64,000 nucleotides of DNA. Source: the human T2T-CHM13v2.0 reference genome, Homo sapiens. The stretch is from NCBI RefSeq assembly GCF_009914755.1, contig NC_060938.1. The stretch is one strand, 5' to 3'. The stretch's first letter is position 1, and each line of letters begins with the position of its first letter. Below the pieces are notes generated by a model. That model was not told where the DNA came from and ran no database searches. It saw nothing but the letters and a program-made list of their open reading frames with translations. Of the stretch, positions 47,552 to 64,000 are shown piece after piece. The position numbers and the translations under genes are program-made.

Positions 47552-48748
47552 CTACCACACACTGAACGCCTTTGATAGGCCAGGCATCAGGGTGTTGGTG
47601 TCCCACTGTATAGCTGAAGGGGTTAGCTATGATTTAAGAGATTTTCCAAATCCTTCCAGATTCTCCCTCCTTAGTAAAGCAAAGGCCATGCCTGAATGAC
47701 TAGCTCCTGGAGTCTTCTCTTAGCAGAGCAGAGGCCGTTTCCACCAGAACAGCAAGGCCAACTCTAATGTAGAGACAAAGAAAGCCCTAAGATAGATAGA
47801 GAGAACCTAAGATAGAGAAAGCCTCACTCCCTTTCTGGCCTGCTGGGGGGTGGGAAGGGTAAGGAGAGAGAAGAGGGTCAGAAGGGTCTCATGCTTGTTC
47901 CTCTTCTCCAGGTCTTGGATGGGGTCTAGACAGATGCACTACTTAATAAGTGGTACTCCGTACACAGAGGGGGCTCTCACCCAGCTCCCCACTAGAGACT
48001 CTGGGAGGAACTTGTATCCAAGGCTGTTTTATGCTCAACCAGGGCAGCCATGCCAAAGTGAACCTGGCAGTGAGAAAACCTGAGCAGGCAGAGAGAAGCT
48101 GTGAGGCTGAGCTCTCCTGAGTCCCCCTGATTCTTGCATGGCATGGATATCATGTTGGGAGCCAGCAGCCTGCTGTGTGTGGGACGGCCCTGATTGGGCA
48201 AGGTGACCTTACAGCAAGCTCAGAGGAGGTCAGGGGTCTGTACCACTGAGAACAGAGGGAGAAATGAGCATGAGCATCAGGTTGCAAGGGGGAGGAACCA
48301 GTGTTGGAGGGAGAGGTTCGGCTTTGTGAAAGAATGGACCGCAAGTTTGCCTACCAGAGCAGCGAGGCCTGAAGAGTAAGCAGAAACCAAGAGGACAAGG
48401 CAGCTTGGTATGGGGGCATAGGAACAAGGATTCAGGATGATCCACAGGCTGCCTGGCTGCAAGACCCATCTCTGCCACATACTATCTATGTGACCTTGGA
48501 CAGGTTACTAATCTTTTTATGCCTCAGTTTCCTTATCTGTAAAACGAGGATGATAATAACAGTTGTACATATATGATAAGGTTGTTATGATAATTAAATT
48601 AGTTTGTAAAGTTCTTACATATAAGCATTCTATAAGCATCAGTTAAACAAGTAAATCATTCACCAGACAATAGGATTCTACATGGATAGCAACATCACAT
48701 GTCTCCCACACCCTCAAATCGGACTGTCAGTTAAAAATTCCCACAACC

Positions 48749-49420
<672 letters not shown>

Positions 49421-49538
49421 ATATAATCTAAATTAAAAGGCTTGACCCTCCCCAAACACAGTCTGGCTGGGAAGACAGACACAGCAAGTCTTTACATTTA
49501 TTTACCTCTGATTGTCCAAAAGTAATTCAGAAGGGAAC

Positions 49539-50140
49539 TGCAGTAGGCAGAATAAAGATCTTCCCACAAATGTTCATATCCTAATGAATATGTTAGGTTT
49601 CATGACAAAAGGGAAATTAAGGTTGCAGATGCAATTAAGATTTGCTAATTAGCTGACCTTAAAATAAGGCAGTTATTCAACCAGACTTCCCTTCCCCAAA
49701 AAATAAATGCATAAAAAATAAAGCGATTATCTTGGATTATTGAAGTAGGTTCATTGTAATCACAAGTGTCCTTAAAAGTGGAACCAAGAGGCAGAAGAGG
49801 AATCAGAGTCAGAGGGAGATGTAATTATGGAAGAATGAATAGTTGAAGACATACAGCATTGCTGGCTTTGAAGATGGAGAAAAGGGGTCATGACCCAAGA
49901 AATGCAGATAGTTTCTGGAAGCCAGAAAAGGCAAGGAAACAAATTCCCTGGAGCCCCAGAAAGGAACACAATCTAGCCAGCACCTTGATGTTAGCCTGGT
50001 AAACCTGCATTGGATTTTTGACCTACAGAACTGTAAAGTAAAAAGTCTGTGTTGTTTTAAGCTGCCAAGTTGGTGGTAATTTGTTACAGTAGCCATATAA
50101 AACTGGTAATTTGTTACAGTAGCCATAGAAAACTAATGCA
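49539..50140 (+). mobile_element. MaLR solo LTR (MLT1D-like) with a 30-bp tandem duplication at its 3' end
   Basis: tgcagtaggcagaataa...attaaggttgcagatg...ttgctggctttgaagatgga...tggtaatttgttacagtagccatagaaaactaa. Confidence 0.82.
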
Positions 50141-50342
50141 GGGATGTCTTCTAAATGTGGTGTTCTCTGTGAAGTGTTTTTGCCAGGTATTAGAAGCCCT
50201 GGTTTTCATATAAGAGCCTGAGCAGAAAGTCAAATTAGGTGGGCCAAGAAATGTCCCAGGATGCTGGGTCACCAGAAGGTTTCCAAAGTAACAAGCAACT
50301 AGAAAGTCAATGGCTTGAGTCCCAAACTCTGAGACAGTATCC

Positions 50343-50611
50343 TTTTTTTTTTTTTTTTTTTTTTTGAGACAGAGTCTCACTCTGTCACCCAGGCTGGAGT
50401 GCAGTGATGCAATCTTGGCTTACTGCAATCTCTGCCTCCTGCGTTCAAATGCTTCTCCTGCCTCAGCTAATTTTTTTAGTTTTGTTTTTTTTTTTAGTAG
50501 AGATGGGGTTTCATAATGTTGGCCAGGCTGCTCTCGAACTGACCTTGAGTGATCTGCCTGCCTTGGCCTCCCAACACACTGGGATTACAGGCATGAGCCA
50601 CCGTGCCTGGC
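50343..50611 (-). mobile_element. Alu (deleted) in the Gypsy remnant
   Basis: TSD ctgagacagtatc at 50329-50341 and 50613-50625. Confidence 0.9.
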
Positions 50612-51489
50612 CCTGAGACAGTATCTTGAAAGTACAGTCTGATTGCGGGCCCCTGGCTTATGGATGAACTCTAATTCACATATTCTTTCTTGAAGCTTCT
50701 TCTCAGACTTGTTAGCCTCGCAGGCCACAGCGTGGAGGCCAAGTCTAGAAACAGTTAACAAAAGTAAAGCGGAGTCAGCTGTCCAAAGCTGCTGTGGAAA
50801 TTCTGTGCATTCAACGACCGCAGGAGCCCAGCAAGCCTGTACAACCACCCAGAGTTTGTAAATCAGTCTTTCACAATGGATAGAAAAACACAAACCCAAG
50901 CATCAAGGCAAACTGCATGGCATTTCTGGGACCCAGGTTGGCCACGGATCCCAGTTCTTTCACCCCACACAGGGTGCTTTTTCCTGTCTGAGATAGGTGA
51001 ATATTTATTGGCAGGCACAGCTCAAAGGTTAGAGCCCACCGCACAGTGGGGAGGAAGTATTTTCACAGTTCTCTGCCAGTAATAAATGGTGGTCCTTGGA
51101 CATCAGTCTTAGCATAATGTGGGAGGTGTCTTTTGGGTTCATAGGCCAAGAGGTTGCTGGGCATTCATGAGATTACTTTAGGGCCCACAGCTTCTTTTAG
51201 GAAGAAGGAAGTCTTCCTCTTCTGGGTGTGGTAATATCTGGGGATTACAGCAACCAGGTGTGTGACAGTATAGAGTCCATAAGGGGCTGCAGATCTTCAG
51301 GGATCTTCATGAACTGAAATTCTTCACGATAGCACCAAGGAACGGTGCATAAAAGCAATAGTTTATGGATTGCTTGGACAGGGCAAAAGACTCCATGATC
51401 CCTCTAATTTATCCCCTTTTACTTCCCAATTCCAAGTAGAGTTCTCCAGGAGGCAATGAGCTAGAAGGACCTCTTTGGATAGCCAGTTC

Positions 51490-51552
51490 TATATTTATAT
51501 TTATATTTATATTTATATTTATATTTATATTTATATTTATATTTATATTTAT
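51490..51552. repeat. (TATATT)n hexanucleotide microsatellite, about 10 copies
   Basis: Perfect tandem array. Confidence 0.95.
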
Positions 51553-52590
51553 CTAGAGAAGCCTACCACATCTGCGGGAACATCTGTGGTTCCCATATCA
51601 CTCTTTTAGAATCACCAGCTAAAGATATCCCACTCAAATGGCCTTTGCCCTGCACCATTGTGCTTGGCCTTGTTTTACTGACATAATTTTTGCCCTTTGC
51701 CCCCAGTTGGAGGGTGTGGCCACTGACTCACCTGCCAGGAACTCATTGCCTGAGTCCAGTCAACAGGTTAACTCCCATCTGAGTTGGTTGCAAAGAGCCT
51801 GAGGACCTATGGAATGCCACAGAATTCCTCTGTGGACCACATCCCAGGTCCTGGTATGGTTCCAGCAGTATCTATGAGCTCCTGTCCTCAGTTGCTTTGG
51901 CCTTTCTTTAGCCTAGGAATTTATTCTTCTCCAGGCAGAGGAATAAAACGAACAGCCATTATTCCTGACAGCCAGAGGCCTGGATTCAAGGTCTTGGTTA
52001 TAGACGCAAAATATCTGCCTCAGATGTGGACCCCACATAACAAATAACACCTTACTTCATGGCCCATGTAGTCCTCATTTCAGATGAGAAACTAGACCAA
52101 GTCAGGAATCTTGGTGACTGCATCATGGTGACTGTTAGATCTTAGCACATTTATTTTAGGTATTGATAAATATGATGCAAGAGATGAATGAACATTCCAA
52201 AACCAACTGCAGTGGGGCCACCCTGGGTTCTCCCAGCGTGCATTATTTTCAGGAAGCAGATAACATTTGGGAGGTTATATTCTTTCTCCCAATTGTGAAT
52301 TTTTGGAGCTTCTAGGGTTTTCTAATAGCTATGCAAAGGAATGATTTGAATTGTCTAAACCCAGTCAAGGCTGTGAATTGAGGGCTGTATACATCAAAAA
52401 ATAAGACGTGTCAAAATCCACAAGCAAGCCTCCAAATGCTCTTTCCATTACTGAAACCAATAAGAATCAATATAGAACAGAAAGCACTAGTGGACTTGGG
52501 CTTCTGGTTCTCCATCTTCCTCACCCTGTGCTTTCCAGTATGGCAGAGAACCATGAGCTCACTTTCCACAGACTGCACGTACATAACACT

Positions 52591-53165
52591 TGTTGGAAGA
52601 CAATTCTCCGTGGGTCTCTCCCACGTCTGCATGCCTTGTGAGCGGAGTCACTGCCCTTTGTTTCAAACCAACTTTTTAACAGAGCTGCTTTCCCAGAACA
52701 AAGTAAAGCATGCTTACTGTCCATTAGCTAAGATTCTGAGCAGGATGCTTCAGCTCACACCTAGGCAGAGGCAGGAGGACTGCTTGAGCCCAGGAGTTTG
52801 AGGTTGCAGTGAGCTATGATTGCCTGGGCAATAGAGCAATATGCTGACTCAAAAAAAAAAAAAAAAAAAAAGATTCTGGTTCCCCAAGCTTAAAGCTGTG
52901 CTCTCTTGTGATATGCTTTGCTGTGTGTACAGATGTCACCTGGCCCCCTTTGCATTGTCTTTGGGAACTGGGACTCAGGAAATGAGCACAAGAAAATGTC
53001 AGTATTTTTGCTATTGCTATTGCTATTGCTATGAGCAAATAAGACCTTTTGTTTCAGACACACCTAGAAGTCTTGTGTTTTCTGCCAGCATCCATGAAAC
53101 TGCGGCAGGCTCACTTGTTAGCCTGCAAGTAGGATAAAATCTTAAACCCTCCACAGTTCTTGACA
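52591..53165 (+). mobile_element. ERVL solo LTR (LTR40-like) containing an Alu monomer (52739-52870, TSD aagattctg)
   Basis: TG...CA termini: tgttggaagacaattctccgtgggtctctc ... ctgccagcatccatgaaactg...cacagttcttgaca, matching the LTR40 consensus as recalled. Confidence 0.82.
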
Positions 53166-54119
53166 AGCTCTCATTTCTTTCTCATATAACACACTCCTTC
53201 AATCCACCAACGAATTCCCCTCACCCCTGTGATCCTTAAAGCCACCTAGGCAGTTTAGGTCAAGGGGAAACTACTCATGTAGAAGTGAGAACAGACCAAA
53301 TTAAAGAGCAAGACTGAGGCTAAACCAGGACCTGGTGACAGGGCTGAGATATCCGGAAGTTTGGTTTAAGGCTGAGACCAGAGAAAGATCATTGTAATTC
53401 TGGGCTGTTTATAGCTATATTGTTGGTTGTATGTTCCAGCCAATTGACTGACAGGCAATTCTAAACATGCTTAAGAGAACAAACTTATTGGTTTTCTCAT
53501 CTGTAAAATGAAATGAGTTAGATTAGATTGTTTCTGATGTGCCTTCTAGCTGTAAAATTTATGCTTTATAAATCTGTAACAGGGCTGCCTAGCATACACA
53601 TTAGGCACTTGACCTAATTTAAAATAATGATTGCAAAGAGGACTATGACGTAGTGGAAAGGACATAGCATTAGCAGTTAAGAAGCCTGAATTCTAGGCTT
53701 AGTCTGCCACTACCTAGCTGTGTGACACTGGGCAAGCCACTTAAATTACCTGGAGGAGGCAGGTGGGGACGTAGACTTAAGATGATTTTGGATGGCTCAG
53801 AGATGTGGCATTAAATTATATATTGAAAAAGTAATTTTTCTTTTCAGTTCTCTTTTTGTTTTTCTGATTATGTCAAAGAGAGAGTCTCAGGTTAGTGCTG
53901 GTGTGTCTTCAACAACTCTTCAATACCTCCCATCCTCCCTTTTTGGCAAAGAGAGAAGTCTCAAGTTCAGATACTTCACAGGCAGTGCTAGCTAGATAGC
54001 ATTTAATAACATTGCCCAGCTCTCTTTGCTTTATTTTTGTTTTGCCTTCCATTTGTGGCAAATAATTCAAGTTTTCCACTTATAAGAATGATGCAAAGTT
54101 TCCTTTAAAAGTAAATTAA

Positions 54120-54575
54120 TTATGAAAATGTTCTAAAATTGATTGTGGTAATGTTGCACAATTTTGTGAATATACCTAAAAAAAAAAAAAAAAGCCCACT
54201 GAATTGTAAGCTTTATATGGGTGAGTTGGATGGTATGTGAATTACATCCCAGAAAGCCGTTTTAAAAAGTAAATTGAGGCCAGGCATGGTGGCTCATGCC
54301 TATAATCCCAGCACTTTGGGAGGCCGAGGTGGGAAGATCATTTTAGCCCAGGAGTTTGAGACCAGCCTGGGCAACATAGTGAGATCCTGGCTCTACAAAA
54401 AGTCAAAAAAATTAGCCAGGCATGGTGGCATACTCTTCTAGTCCCAGCTACTCAGGAAACTGAGGCAGGAGGCTTACTTTGAGCCTGGGAGGTCTAGGCT
54501 GCTGTGAGCTATGATTGCACCACAGCACTCCAGCCTGGGTAACAGAGTGAGACTCTGTCTTAAAAAAAAAAAAAA
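54120..54575 (+). mobile_element. L1M 3' end (54120-54270) followed by an Alu (54278-54575)
   Basis: gaaaatgttctaaaattgattgtggt...ccactgaattgt...ggtatgtgaatta is a typical L1M 3' terminus; an Alu dimer follows. Confidence 0.82.
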
Positions 54576-54586
54576 TTTAAATTGGT

Positions 54587-54714
54587 ATCCTTTTGTAGTT
54601 CATAAGCATGACGATTGGCTTTTCACTTTCATGTGTGAGATGTGCCTCACTCAAACCTTGTTATATTGTCAGCACATTACCCATCTGATGTGGAAAAAAA
54701 AAGAAAAAGAAAAA
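54587..54714 (+). pseudogene. U13 (SNORD13) box C/D snoRNA retropseudogene with A-rich tail
   Basis: ATCCTTTTGTAGTTCATAAGCATGACGATTGG...TGTGTGAGATGTGCC...AACCTTGTTA...GCACATTACCCATCTGA matches the U13 sequence throughout. Box C variant ATGACGA at 54608-54614, box D CTGA at 54685-54688, A-tail 54694-54714. Confidence 0.88.
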
Positions 54715-54724
54715 CATACGTTGG

Positions 54725-55180
<456 letters not shown>

Positions 55181-55796
55181 AATAAAAGAGTACATTGATT
55201 AATGTAAAAAAGGGACTAATTTAAATAAAATATTAAGTAAAAAATAGTATAGATGGTCAGTTGATATCGAAAAAGTTGTGCGGAAGATGCAAGACTAAAG
55301 TTTGGAGAACCAATGCTATGTGATATTGGACATGTTTCTTAAGTCTCTGACCCTGATTCCTGGCCTACCAAATGAAATGGTGATATCTCCCTGGATTTGT
55401 TAAAAGGGAGATAACATAGCACAGGAAACCCTCAGCCCAAGGTCCTGCACAGGGATGGCTTCTGATGAAGGGGAATGGTTGATGAATTGACTGAGCTCCC
55501 ACCCTGGTGCCAGGCCCTGGGCTTTCAAATGTCAACTGCATCCTCACAATAACTCCACTGCAGGAGCTGGTGGTGCTGTTCCCATTCAGCAAGCCCTGGG
55601 GAGTAGTTGTTGTTTATTCTCCTTTTACAGATGAATGAGCTGTGGCTCAAGAGAGGTTAAGTAACTTGCCTGAAGTCACAGAGCTAGTGAGTGGCTCAAG
55701 GATGAGGTTCAACTCAGACTCTGACTTCAAAGCTCCTGCTCTTTCCCTTTTACCACATTGCCCCCTCTTACCCGACCTGATTAAACAATCTACCTG

Positions 55797-56051
<255 letters not shown>

Positions 56052-57044
56052 TTAGGACCAGGGAGGAGGAGGGACACAAAAGGAACTCCATCCGTTTCTC
56101 GAAGCTGAGCATCCTCAGTGTGGCTGCCAGCCTGAGGGACCCACCTTCCTGGTTCTGGTTTTCCATTGTCTCCCCTGTCCCCAGCTGTCTGGTGGAAAAT
56201 TCTCTTTCTTCATCAGTCCCCCAGGGGCTGGAGTCCTTTCCTGCTGCAGGGTCCCTGCCAACTCCTGCTGGGTTTTTCTCCTTCCATCTACTCACTTGTT
56301 CAGACTTTGGCCAACTGCCTGGCATTGGGCCATTGCTGACCCTTGACCCTCTGAGGCTCGGCTGGTATCTTGGTCCCCACCAGTCTTCTGGTCTGATGGT
56401 GAGCTCCCCTCCAATGAAGTAATCAAACCTAGGCTACTTCTCTCTCATGCCACTGCCAGTCCCCACTTCAGGCCACCATCATCTCCTGACTGGGCATCTA
56501 GTGTGCCCTCCAGCCTTGCCTGCCTCCATTCCTTTAAGTAGTATGGTTCAAAGTGAGTTTACTGAGGTACAGCTTGATTAGAAAACTCTCTGCTTATCCT
56601 TCAGCATCTCCCCCACTGTCCTGTGGATAAAGTCTTGACTCCTTAGCCTGGATTTTTAAGACCTTTGTGAACCGGTACTTCCTGTACCTTCCAGCTGCTT
56701 CTCTCCCCAGTCTTCTCTTCATCCCAGACAAGCCAGTCATTTGATACTGATTACAGTCCCTGAAGGCTTCTAGATGTCCTTGACACACAGTTGGTACTCA
56801 CTAAATAGTAATTAACGCGCTATGGCCTCTCGCCGCCAGTCTTTGTACATGCTGTTCCCTCAGTCTGGAATGCCCTTTCCTCCCCTATTCTCCCAATTCT
56901 GCCTGATTGTTTTGGACTCTGCTCACATGTGATCTCAAGGAAGCCTTCCTTGCCCTCCCATGTCGGGTTCATCTCTCTGTGCTACAGTAATACCCTGTGC
57001 TTTCCTCTGGAAGCGCAGGCCCTGGAGTCTAACTTCCTGGATTT

Positions 57045-57345
57045 ACTTACTTATTTGTTTATTTTTGAGACAGGGTCTCACTCTGTCACCCAGGCTGAAA
57101 TGCAGTGACATAATCAGGGCTGCAACCTCTGCCTCCTGGGCTCAAGCGATCCTCCCACCTCAGCCTCCCAAGTAGCTGGTACTACAGGGGCGCACCACTA
57201 TGCTCAACTAATTTTCTGTACTTTTTGTAGGGACAGGGTCTCGCCATGTTGCCCAGGCTGGTCTTGAACTCCTGGCCTCAAGCAATCTGCCTGCCTTGGC
57301 CTCTCAAAGTGCTGGGATTACAGGCATGAGCCACCGCACCCAGCC
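57045..57345 (-). mobile_element. Alu (AluJ-like)
   Basis: Reverse dimer; flanks cctggattta. Confidence 0.9.
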
Positions 57346-58840
57346 TGGATTTAAACTCTTGGTATGCTACATGCCCCAGCTGTGTGACATTGGGCAAGTC
57401 ACTTCTCTGTGCCTCCATTTCCTCATCTGTAAGATGGAATAATAATAATATCTACTAATACGGTTTCTGTAAGGATTATATGAAACAATGCAGCCTCAAC
57501 AGCTTAGTGCAGATTCTGGCATATAGTGAACACTCCATAAATGTTAGCTATTATTATTCTAGCCTACATCATAATCTATGGTAGATACCAGTTCTCTGCT
57601 TTGTCTTCCTCATTCTAAGCTCCTTGCAGGCAGAGAGTATGTCTCATTTACCATTGAATCTCTGGGTAACTCTCTTAGAACCTGACACACATGGTGCTCA
57701 ATACATATTTATTGAATGGATGAATGAATGAATGAATATCTCACTTCTTGGTTTAGCTCAGCAGACTTTGCCTAATCCTGAAGTTCTTTCTGGATTCCCA
57801 AGACCAGTTTTCCTTGCTCTGGCCTGGGCAGGTCACAGCCCAGATCTTGTTTATGACATTTTGATTTCAGATCTAAATAACTGGTCTCAACACAAGACAG
57901 ACATCCCCCCAGGTAGTGTATAAGAGAAGTCGCTCATAGTTTGGTAGAAATGCCCTCTCAGCACCTCCACCTCCCTTTGCTCTAATTTGTCATGATGAGG
58001 CATGGGCAGCACTCACACAGAACAGGTCATTCCTCCTTTCAACGAGGGTTTGCAGGGCCAGGCCCTGTGGGGTGCTGAGGATGCCAGGGAAGGTAGGGTA
58101 TGAGCCCTGTTTCCGGAACTTCCTGAGGAGTGGCTGGCTCCAGATCGGGCTGGCCAGGCAAGGAGACAGGCAGTTCCGGTGCTGGGCACACACAGCCCAT
58201 GTCAGGATGTAACCAAAGCATGGGACCGGGAACTAGGGCAGGAAGGCAGGACCAGGAACTCTGGTTTGTAGGATCTGGAGCAAGTCAAAGGTGAGGGCAG
58301 GAGGTGAGCAGCTCTGAGAGGAGGCTGAGTGGAGCCTAGCAGAGGTCAGAGTCTATTAGGCGAGGTCCTCCCAGGCCCAGCACCATCAGGAAGGAGAGCG
58401 CTCCCAGTGCAGGGGTTGTTGTCAGCCTTGTTCTTTTTTTTTTTCTTCCTGTCTCCAGGGAGGAGCTAGAAGGCAGAGAGAAAGCCACTCAGGACTTCCC
58501 ATCCCAGAAGATAAAGGTGAGGAAAGCAGCAGCAGCAGCCACAGGCCAGTATTCCAGAGCAGCTCTGGGTTCCTGTCAAGACCTGCTTTGAGAAGGAGGT
58601 GGCTGTGGGGCTGGAGGGCTGGGCCTGTTCCTGAGCTGGCTGCTGGCAGCACAGCAATGAGGCAACATTGAGAACTGCGACACGAGGCCCAGTCCTGCTA
58701 CTAAACCAACTGTGTGGACTTGCATAGTCACTTCACCCCTCGGGCCTCCATTTCTCCACTTTGGAAAGCAGTGTTGGGACGATGTTAAGGGTTTGCAACC
58801 TTCCAACATGAAGACTTATTTTTAAAAGCAAAACATTTCA

Positions 58841-60058
<1,218 letters not shown>

Positions 60059-60104
60059 GTCCATCAATGATGCCAATATTATGGAACAAAATTTAAAAGC
60101 AGGG

Positions 60105-60690
60105 TGATGAGTAATGTTTGTTACTTTTTGGCTACTCAGTTTTGGAGTCCCTTCCCAGGTTTGTGGAAGATGCCATCTTAGGAGTCTTCGTGGAAGCTGG
60201 AGCCTGTTGCTTAGCCGTCAACATAGAGGCTGAAAATGCCAGATGCTTCTCAGCCTCCTTTAGCTGCAGGGTTTAGTCATGTGATCTGGGCTGGGCCCAT
60301 CAGGTGCCATGGACTGAGGAGCCTGGACCAAGCCAGAGCCCAACACAGAACCTTTTCTGGTGGAAGTGGCCATGGCTACTGCAGCCTTGTCTAGATTCCA
60401 GGGCAACAGCAGCAGGGTCATGGTTCAGACCCCAGCCATGGTTGTGGCACAGCTGCCCAGGGCTCTGAGAACAGAGCAGGACTCTCTGGATAGCTTGTGC
60501 ACCACAGTTCTGGCCATGCTCCTGGCTGCTGTCTGGCACCGTTTGTTCTCATTCATGCCCTGAACCTGGCTCTTCAGCCTTCCCAGAGACTCTGTGGGCT
60601 GCCCAGCATCCTTCCCAAAAATCCCTCTTCTGTTTTAAATTATCCAGAGCCAGTTTCTGTTGCATTTTTAAGTCAGAGTTCTGACCAATT
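60105..60690 (+). mobile_element. Old ERVL LTR (LTR33/LTR16-like)
   Basis: cagcctcctttagctgcaggg...catgtgatctgggc and 3' ccagagccagtttctgttgc motifs. Confidence 0.6.
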
Positions 60691-60771
60691 CACAGTCTTA
60701 TTTCAGTCTCCGCATCCAACTTATTTTTGTATTTTGCTTTGGTACACACGGTTCTGAGAAAATTCTAATCA

Positions 60772-63689
<2,918 letters not shown>

Positions 63690-63690
<1 letters not shown>

Positions 63691-64000
63691 TTCTTTCCTT
63701 TTTTCTTTTTTTCTTTTTTTTTTTTTTGAGATGGAGTCTCGCTCTGTCACCCAGGCTAGAGTGCAGTGGCATGATTTAGGCTCACTGCACCCTCCACCTC
63801 CCTGGTTCAAGCGATTCTCCTGCCTCAGCCTCCTGAGTAGCTGGAATTACAAGCGTGTGCCATCATGCCTGGCTAATTTTTTGTATTTTTAGTAGAGACG
63901 GGGTTTCACCGTGTTAGCCAGGATGGTCTTGATCTCCTGACCTCGTGATCCACCCGCCCCAGCCTCCCAAAGTGCTGAGATTACAGGTGTGAGCCACCGT
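63690..64000 (-). mobile_element. Alu (runs to the window end)
   Basis: Poly-T followed by reverse Alu. Confidence 0.92.

Noticed and set aside
50700-50800. LWTADSALLLL read as a non-LTR RT YADD motif (L2/L4/CR1)
   Set aside because: The downstream HKPGARNQTVLSR and upstream PMQFA fit Gypsy RNase H (TDHxAL) better, and RT motifs are located further upstream.

Overview
Human (primate) genomic DNA, very Alu-rich, with no supportable protein-coding exon. I identify it from recall as the 5' region of MIDEAS (ELMSAN1/C14orf43, 14q24.3, minus strand). The basis is the MIR4505 hairpin at 14286-14358 plus two CpG-island promoters about 27 kb apart, each with a non-coding first exon ending in a strong minus-strand GTAAG donor (15302 and 42649); the coding exons should lie to the left of the window. 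The proximal promoter has an Ets+CArG serum response element. The distal island looks bidirectional, with plus-strand splice signals consistent with a divergent lncRNA (MIDEAS-AS1-like). The most unusual observations are: (1) a heavily decayed minus-strand Ty3/Gypsy-type gag-pol fossil at about 48660-52100, whose protease, RT, RNase H and integrase motifs can still be read in order after removing nested Alu/MLT1/microsatellite insertions; (2) a non-transposon inverted duplication of about 215 bp (33559-34089 vs 35841-36055) enclosing an inverted Alu pair that includes a human-specific AluYb8-type copy; (3) a U13 (SNORD13) snoRNA retrocopy; (4) a competing hairpin and splice signals at MIR4505. 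Repeat subfamily names and gene identity come from pattern recognition, not from a database search.
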